Source: Clostridia bacterium (lineage in GTDB: Bacteria > Bacillota > Clostridia > Christensenellales > QALW01). From it: a DNA stretch of 64,000 nucleotides. Of this stretch, positions 58,726 to 64,000 are shown piece after piece. The notes under the pieces are model-generated. The model ran no database searches. It was not told the origin of the DNA and saw only the letters and a program-made list of their open reading frames with translations. How positions within the stretch are numbered: position 1 is the first letter of the stretch; the number at the start of each line of letters is the position of its first letter. A program made the position numbers and the translations under genes. The DNA is taken from positions 45,507 through 109,506 of the forward strand of contig JAZRYL010000042.1 of assembly GCA_045600705.1 (NCBI GenBank), given 5' to 3'.

Positions 58726-60600
58726 ATGAAAAAACGGTTATATAATAAAGCCATACAGATATTTGTGCTTGTTTTGGGCTTTTCACTGATTTTAATGAAT
58801 ATTCCTGCTTTTGCAGTGTCGGATGTGCCTATGGCTACAACGGTAAAAGAATTCACCGATGCACTTGTGAACGCAAAAGACGGTGACACGGTGCTTGTGG
58901 GGGATATCACGTTCAAGCCGATGCCTATGGGCATGATATCCGTGCAGAAGAATGTTAAAATCAAAAGCGGCAAGGACACAAATGCGATTTTTACCAATGC
59001 GACATTTGCGTTTAACGGTTCGGTTGCGGATTCGGCGCCGCTCAGTGTTCAGTTTGAAAATATTGATTTCCGAGGCGATTGCTTCGGCAAGGAAATAAAC
59101 CCTGCCTCTCCACCCGAAATCAGTTCTAAAATTCCGAGCATTATGAAAACCATGTGTGCGGGAATTTTCAAAATGAACGTGAACGCTTCGTACAGTAACT
59201 GTACCTTTGAGGGCTACCATTACGGCTACGGCGGAGTTTTCAGCGCAATTTATTCTTCCGATGACAACAAAAATATGCTTAATTTGTCCCTTGACGGATG
59301 CACTTTCAAAAACAATGCGGCAAAATACGGCGGAAGCATATATTTGTCCGGCTACGGGCATAACATCAATTTTGATGCTCGCCATTGCATTTTTGAAGAT
59401 AACTGTGCCACCACCGGCGGAGCAATTTGGGCGGAGGATGCAAATGTGCATTTGCTTGATTGCTCGCTTACGGGAAACCGTTACATAGAGGAAGACGTTA
59501 CCGAACCTAACGGCGGAGCGCTGGCACTTTATAATTGCGGAGTGGACCTTGACGGATGCCTGATTGCCAATAACACGTCCGGCGGCGACGGGGCGGGAGT
59601 GTACTGTTCCATTTCGCCGTTCAAAACGCTGATTATGGAAAACTGTACCGTAATCGGCAATGAAGCGTCTGCGGATAAAGGTATTTCGGTGGCTCTTGAA
59701 AAAACGAAACTTGACACTTCTGCGGCGGCACACATTTACTTCTCGTCGCTTTTCGGAGAACAGAATTTTTCCGACAATGTGGAACTTTTCGGATGCCTTA
59801 TCGTCGAAAAAAATATTGATGAAAAGGAACCGACCGAAGAAAATAACTACTGTCTTGAACTGACCGAGGAAACCGCACGGGAAAAAGGACTTGTTCCCGA
59901 TTTAGCGGAAAATGCCGAGCATATAAGCGTTCCGCAGGGAGAATACACGGTTCCGCAGGAAGCGATAGACAAGGTTGCCGGCGGAAAGTTCTCCCAAAGT
60001 ATGGGCATATTGCAGGTGGGCGATAATTACCGCAAGGAAGAAACGGTTCAAGTCAAAATTACTCCCGAACGCACGGAAAATGTGACAGTTGCATACGGCG
60101 AAGAACTGACCTTGCCCGAACCGGAAAGAAAAGGCTTTTCGTTTGAAAAGTGGGAAAGTCCGCTTGATGCCGATAAAACGGTGTTTATGGGTGGCGAACT
60201 TCCCGAAACACCTATTAAGGCACAGTGGCACTTTGATTTTTTCGACAAACTGTATGTTGTTTGGATACTGATATTTGCATTTGCTCTTGCAATCGCCTTT
60301 TTGATTTATCAGCGCAGAAGAAAATCGACGGAGGCTGTTCCTCTTGCCGAAAACGGCGACAATCTGCCTCTTTCGGACGATTGGATAAATAAGGTCTGCG
60401 AAAGTCCGGAAATCACCGCACTTATTTCAAAGCGCGAACTTGAAGTGTTACATAAACTTCTTGAGGGAAAAAGCCGAAAACAAATAGCAGAGGAACTTTT
60501 TATTACGGAAGCGACTATTCGCAAACATTCCACAAATATTTATTCAAAACTTGAAGTGCATAACCGAACCGAACTCGTTTATAAATTAACAAAGCACTGA
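58726..60600 (+). CDS. Membrane-anchored LuxR/GerE-family transcriptional regulator with an extracytoplasmic parallel beta-helix (pectin-lyase-fold) domain.
   Basis: The start is taken at MKKRLYNK (RBS ggag), not at the listed 58561. Signal/TM, then PbH1-like repeats (NNAAKYGGSIYL; CATTGGAIWAED; NNTSGGDGAGVYC), a TM (LYVVWILIFAFALAIAFLIY), and a C-terminal HTH_LuxR (SKRELEVLHKLLEGKSRKQIAEELFITEATIRKHSTNIYSKL). Confidence 0.65.
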   Translation: MKKRLYNKAIQIFVLVLGFSLILMNIPAFAVSDVPMATTVKEFTDALVNAKDGDTVLVGDITFKPMPMGMISVQKNVKIKSGKDTNAIFTNATFAFNGSVADSAPLSVQFENIDFRGDCFGKEINPASPPEISSKIPSIMKTMCAGIFKMNVNASYSNCTFEGYHYGYGGVFSAIYSSDDNKNMLNLSLDGCTFKNNAAKYGGSIYLSGYGHNINFDARHCIFEDNCATTGGAIWAEDANVHLLDCSLTGNRYIEEDVTEPNGGALALYNCGVDLDGCLIANNTSGGDGAGVYCSISPFKTLIMENCTVIGNEASADKGISVALEKTKLDTSAAAHIYFSSLFGEQNFSDNVELFGCLIVEKNIDEKEPTEENNYCLELTEETAREKGLVPDLAENAEHISVPQGEYTVPQEAIDKVAGGKFSQSMGILQVGDNYRKEETVQVKITPERTENVTVAYGEELTLPEPERKGFSFEKWESPLDADKTVFMGGELPETPIKAQWHFDFFDKLYVVWILIFAFALAIAFLIYQRRRKSTEAVPLAENGDNLPLSDDWINKVCESPEITALISKRELEVLHKLLEGKSRKQIAEELFITEATIRKHSTNIYSKLEVHNRTELVYKLTKH

Positions 60601-60818
60601 TTGCCATTCTGCGGAAAAGGTAAAACAGTGAAAAATGCGCTCTTGAGGGTGTTTTTTAGGCATATTACTAAAAAAGTAAACCCATTTACTCACAAAGGTA
60701 GACTTTTTTCTAATACCGTTTTACCGCAGATATAAGTATAATATATAATAGAATATGGGGGATTGACATACATCCAACCCGTTCAAAATTTCTTAAACAA
60801 GTTAGGAGAAAAAAGAAA

Positions 60819-61343
60819 ATGAAAAAAATTGTTGCAATTATTCTTTCCGCAATGCTTGTTCTTTCGCTTGCTGCCTGCGGCGCAAAAAAAGACAATGACA
60901 CCAACGAAGTTTCCGATTATCAGGGCGAGGTAACGGAGCAGAAGCAGGACACAGAGGACAAACAGGATAAAAAAGACGACAAAAAAGATGACAAAAAAGA
61001 CGAGGATAAAAAAGATGCGGACGACGATTATCAACTTGACATAAAAGAGGATGATCATACGGTAATTCTCACCGTCGGAAACGTTAAAATGGTATTTACC
61101 CACGACGGCAAGAACGTAACCGGATGCACGTCATACGTTGAAGCCGAAAATGCTGAAGCAGCAAAAGAGGCGGCAGATGCAATGAACAAAAATCTTGAAC
61201 TTTTCAAGACTGAGGGAATGAAGTCCGTAAAAGCAAAAGGCAAGTATGTTATTACCGAGTACACGGAAGACGGATTTGCATATACCACCTATGAAGAACT
61301 TCACGAAGCGGCAGAAACATACAAGAATTTAACGAATCAATAA
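60819..61343 (+). CDS. Lipoprotein with a Lys/Asp-rich low-complexity region.
   Basis: Lipobox LSLAAC; KDDKKDDKKDEDKKD repeats; RBS aggag. Confidence 0.6.
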   Translation: MKKIVAIILSAMLVLSLAACGAKKDNDTNEVSDYQGEVTEQKQDTEDKQDKKDDKKDDKKDEDKKDADDDYQLDIKEDDHTVILTVGNVKMVFTHDGKNVTGCTSYVEAENAEAAKEAADAMNKNLELFKTEGMKSVKAKGKYVITEYTEDGFAYTTYEELHEAAETYKNLTNQ

Positions 61344-61346
61344 AGG

Positions 61347-62093
61347 TTGATGAAAATGAAAAAAGTTTTAGCGATTATTCTTACGTTGATTTTGGCAATC
61401 GGAATGCTTACGGTTACTGCTTTTGCTAAGGATTATACGGAATTTAATATTACATTCGACGAAAAAGACGGCGAAAAGGTAAACGAAACAAAAATCACCG
61501 TTTTGGCATCGGTTGGCGATGGCGCAATGGTTGACCGCACCTCCGAATTCACAATGGAAGGCGTGGAATGGACCAAGTACGTTTCCGCACCCGAAGAGGG
61601 CAAAACTGCCGATGATTACGACTATGTTGACGAAGAACTGAAAATTTACGGTATGCTTTGCACTGACGAGGACGTTTTCGAAAGCGAAAATTATTCGTAT
61701 TTTCTGCGTATCTCAAGACTTTATGCTCAGGAAGATGATTCTTTCGACAGAAATATAAAAATAAACGGAAAAGGTATAGACGAACTAAACGGAATTTGCT
61801 ATAATACAGGTAATGAGTTTTTTATTAAAACCGTAACGAACGGATTTAAGGGAACACCCACCGAGGAAACCGAGCCGACTCCGATAAACATTGAGCCCGA
61901 TACGGAGCCTATTATCGAGTCCGAAGACGTTTTGGAAGAAGCGGCTGAAGAAAAATGCAAGGTGTGCGGAATTTGCCCGATTCAACCTCTCGGAATATGC
62001 CTGTTTATTTGGATCGCAATTATTCTTCTTGCAATCATCTTCATCGTTATCGTTGTTTCCGTTGCAAAAAAGAAAAACGGTAAAAATAAATAA
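61347..62093 (+). CDS. Secreted protein with a C-terminal Cys-rich segment and membrane anchor, unknown function.
   Basis: Signal MKKVLAIILTLILAIGMLTVTAFA. C-terminal CKVCGICPIQPLGIC, then a TM helix and a KKKNGKNK tail. Confidence 0.5.
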   Translation: MMKMKKVLAIILTLILAIGMLTVTAFAKDYTEFNITFDEKDGEKVNETKITVLASVGDGAMVDRTSEFTMEGVEWTKYVSAPEEGKTADDYDYVDEELKIYGMLCTDEDVFESENYSYFLRISRLYAQEDDSFDRNIKINGKGIDELNGICYNTGNEFFIKTVTNGFKGTPTEETEPTPINIEPDTEPIIESEDVLEEAAEEKCKVCGICPIQPLGICLFIWIAIILLAIIFIVIVVSVAKKKNGKNK

Positions 62094-62140
62094 ATTCAAA
62101 TTAGCAGACGGCATTCCGTCTTAAAAAAGGAGTAATTAAA

Positions 62141-62530
62141 ATGGCTGATCTTAACGAAAAATTCAATGAATTCAACAACACCAACGATTCCACAAACGAA
62201 TTTGATCCTGCCGACATTCAGCAGAACAAGGTAATGGGCATTTTGGCTTACATTTCATGGCTTGTACTTGTTCCGATTTTCGGCGCAAAGAATTCAAAAT
62301 TTGCTCGCTTCCATGCTAATCAGGGACTCGTTCTTGCTATTGCAGAAATCATCTGCTGGGTAGTTCTTGGCATCCTTATAAGAATTCCCTATATCGGTTG
62401 GATTTTTGCAATCATTGAATCTCTTTTCAGTCTTGTTTGCATTGGCTTTGCAGTTATCGGTATCGTAAATGCCGCTAACGGAAAAGCAAAGGAACTTCCT
62501 ATCGTAGGCAAATTCAAGATTTTGAAATAA
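62141..62530 (+). CDS. DUF4870-like small membrane protein.
   Basis: ILAYISWLVLVPIFGAKNSKFARFHANQGLVLAIAEII matches the DUF4870 signature (...fvrFHAnQgL...). Two TM helices. Confidence 0.55.
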   Translation: MADLNEKFNEFNNTNDSTNEFDPADIQQNKVMGILAYISWLVLVPIFGAKNSKFARFHANQGLVLAIAEIICWVVLGILIRIPYIGWIFAIIESLFSLVCIGFAVIGIVNAANGKAKELPIVGKFKILK

Positions 62531-62599
62531 TAATTGATACAAGTAAAACAAAAAAGGGCATTGAAAAAATCAATGTCCTTTTTGCATTTTTGATGATTT

Positions 62600-62875
62600 T
62601 TATTGCAGATTAGCGGCAATTGAAGCAAGCAATGCTGCACCGCCGATGGCGTAAATAATAACAATAACAACCAGCGCAATAACAAGTGAGCAGAAGAAAC
62701 TTCTTGCAAAACTGCGTCTGTTAATGTTGCTGTCGCTAAATGAAAAAATAATCAAAAAAATTAAGCCGACTATCGGAACGGCAAACAGTATTGACAGTCC
62801 CCAATAACTCCAAGCGGAAAGAGGTCTGTATTTTTCGGGAAGGTTTTCAATTTCAACTTTTTCGGCACTATTCAT
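62600..62875 (-). CDS. Small membrane protein, unknown function.
   Basis: The 91-aa product has two hydrophobic helices; terminator-free tight spacing. Confidence 0.35.
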   Translation of the reverse strand: MNSAEKVEIENLPEKYRPLSAWSYWGLSILFAVPIVGLIFLIIFSFSDSNINRRSFARSFFCSLVIALVVIVIIYAIGGAALLASIAANLQ

Positions 62876-62955
62876 AATAAATTCTCCTTAACAATGATTT
62901 TGGTATTTTTCTTGATTTAATTATAATATATGAGTTATAAAATATCAAGAATTTT

Positions 62956-63171
62956 TTATTTGTTTATCGCAGGGTTATCTGTTCGGCATAAAATATAGTC
63001 AATACTGACATTATAGAAATCTGCTAAACAAATTAGCGTTTCCGTCGGCGGAACTCTTTCCCCGTTTTCAAATTTCGATAAAAGTGCTTGTTCGATTCCT
63101 GTTTTTGTCTGCAAACATATCTGTGTCAAATTCGCTTTTTTTCTTAACTCTTTTAACCGATTTTTCATCAT
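62956..63171 (-). CDS. XRE-family HTH transcriptional regulator.
   Basis: The HTH_XRE signature LKELRKKANLTQICLQTKTGIEQALLSKFENGERVP is present. Confidence 0.7.
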   Translation of the reverse strand: MMKNRLKELRKKANLTQICLQTKTGIEQALLSKFENGERVPPTETLICLADFYNVSIDYILCRTDNPAINK

Positions 63172-63230
63172 ACCACCTCAATGACATTATTTGTAACGGT
63201 GCAATTTAATTGCTCCGCTGTTTTTTACGG

Positions 63231-63437
63231 TTAAAAATAAAACAGTTCTTCAAATTTCTTGTCGAGCGCAACACACAGAATAAGGGCAAGTTTTGCGGTT
63301 GGGTTAAACTGTCCCGTTTCTATTGAACTGATAGTATTTCTTGATACGCCTACCGTTTTAGCCAATTCGTTTTGCGATAAACCGAGTTCCGTCCGTGCTT
63401 GTTTAATATTGTTTTTTAACACTAATTCTTCATTCAT
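63231..63437 (-). CDS. XRE-family HTH transcriptional regulator.
   Basis: IKQARTELGLSQNELAKTVGVSRNTISSIETGQFNPT is a canonical HTH_XRE. Confidence 0.8.
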   Translation of the reverse strand: MNEELVLKNNIKQARTELGLSQNELAKTVGVSRNTISSIETGQFNPTAKLALILCVALDKKFEELFYF

Positions 63438-63763
63438 TATATAACACCTACTGTTGACAATACAAATAAAGTCCCCATAAGAATTGCCGCCGCCGTATAA
63501 ATAATTGATACGACTAATTCGTGCTTTTTCTTGAGTTTAACGTATTTGGTTATGAAAATTCCGCTTTCCACCACGAAAAATATAAAGAATGCACCGTAAT
63601 TTGTTTTGTGTTCAATAAATCCGGTAACCGCAAGAACAACGGCTATGGCTATCCAACCGGCAACAGTTCCTGCAAAAGCGGCGGTTTTGTACGTATCTTG
63701 TTCCACTAAATCATTATTTTTGTTTTCTTTTCTGCTCATTTCGAGTATTTCTTCTTTACGCAT
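63437..63763 (-). CDS. Small membrane protein co-transcribed upstream of the XRE regulator.
   Basis: The 108-aa product has 3 TM helices, and its stop overlaps the start of the XRE gene. Confidence 0.45.
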   Translation of the reverse strand: MRKEEILEMSRKENKNNDLVEQDTYKTAAFAGTVAGWIAIAVVLAVTGFIEHKTNYGAFFIFFVVESGIFITKYVKLKKKHELVVSIIYTAAAILMGTLFVLSTVGVI

Positions 63764-63870
63764 AATAATTCTCCTTCTGTGCCAAGTTTACTTGGCACGG
63801 TTAGATTATATCATTGCCAAGTAAACTTGTCAATATTTTTTTGAACATTTTATAAATTTCCTCTTTTGAC

Positions 63871-63901
63871 AAAAAAAGTCCCCATTCTTGCGAATGGGGA
63901 C
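63871..63901 (-). terminator. Rho-independent terminator of tuf.
   Basis: On the minus strand: agtccccattcgcaagaatggggac followed by ttttttt. Confidence 0.7.
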
Positions 63902-63936
63902 TTTGCGTTTATAAAGTTTTCAAGCGTTAAGCAAAA

Positions 63937-64000
63937 TTACTTAATGATTGATGAAACGATACCTGCGCCAACGGTTCTTCCGCCTTCACGGATAGCGAAG
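63937..64000 (-). CDS. tuf: Elongation factor Tu, 3' end only (the gene continues beyond the window).
   Basis: The minus-strand translation ...FAIREGGRTVGAGIVSSIIK* matches the conserved EF-Tu C-terminus (RFAIREGGRTVGAGVV...). Confidence 0.8.
   Translation of the reverse strand, partial: FAIREGGRTVGAGIVSSIIK

Noticed and set aside
62956-63763. Paired XRE regulators plus a small membrane protein as evidence of a prophage or ICE boundary.
   Set aside because: No integrase, recombinase, phage structural genes or attachment-site repeats are visible. The neighbouring tuf is a core gene. Two XRE repressors alone are insufficient evidence.

Overview
This 64-kb window looks like a low-GC Firmicutes (Clostridia-like) chromosome segment. 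It mixes core genes (fhs, aqpZ, a split purO/purH pair, the 3' end of tuf) with a large accessory, cell-surface-focused region. All calls are from reading the sequence; none was tool-verified.

Main content:
- **ZTP (pfl) riboswitch candidate** upstream of purO-purH.
- **Two candidate c-di-GMP-I (GEMM) riboswitches.** One precedes a secreted protein gene. The other carries a terminator and sits ahead of an operon encoding a 7TM-receptor HD-GYP phosphodiesterase and an unusual synthase-dependent exopolysaccharide gene set: a GT2 processive synthase, a membrane HEAT-repeat protein, and three paralogous clan-A glycoside-hydrolase-like proteins of about 720-1090 aa.
- **Other c-di-GMP and phosphorelay genes:** a REC-GGDEF(degenerate)-EAL phosphodiesterase and an Hpt protein.
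- **Two giant secreted carbohydrate-active proteins:** a 1996-aa protein with a GH140/DUF4038-like domain, and an 1169-aa protein with an SGNH esterase domain and internal DNA-level tandem repeats.
- **YdjI/YdjG/YdjH-like module:** SPFH, zinc-ribbon and TPM proteins.
- **SipW/TasA-like fibre locus:** two archaeal-type signal peptidases, four TasA-like subunits, and a 2084-aa protein with about 20 'EHTH...C' His/Cys repeats.
- **Membrane-anchored LuxR regulator** with a beta-helix ectodomain.
- **Dispersed palindromic intergenic repeat family** (REP/MITE-like) at four sites.
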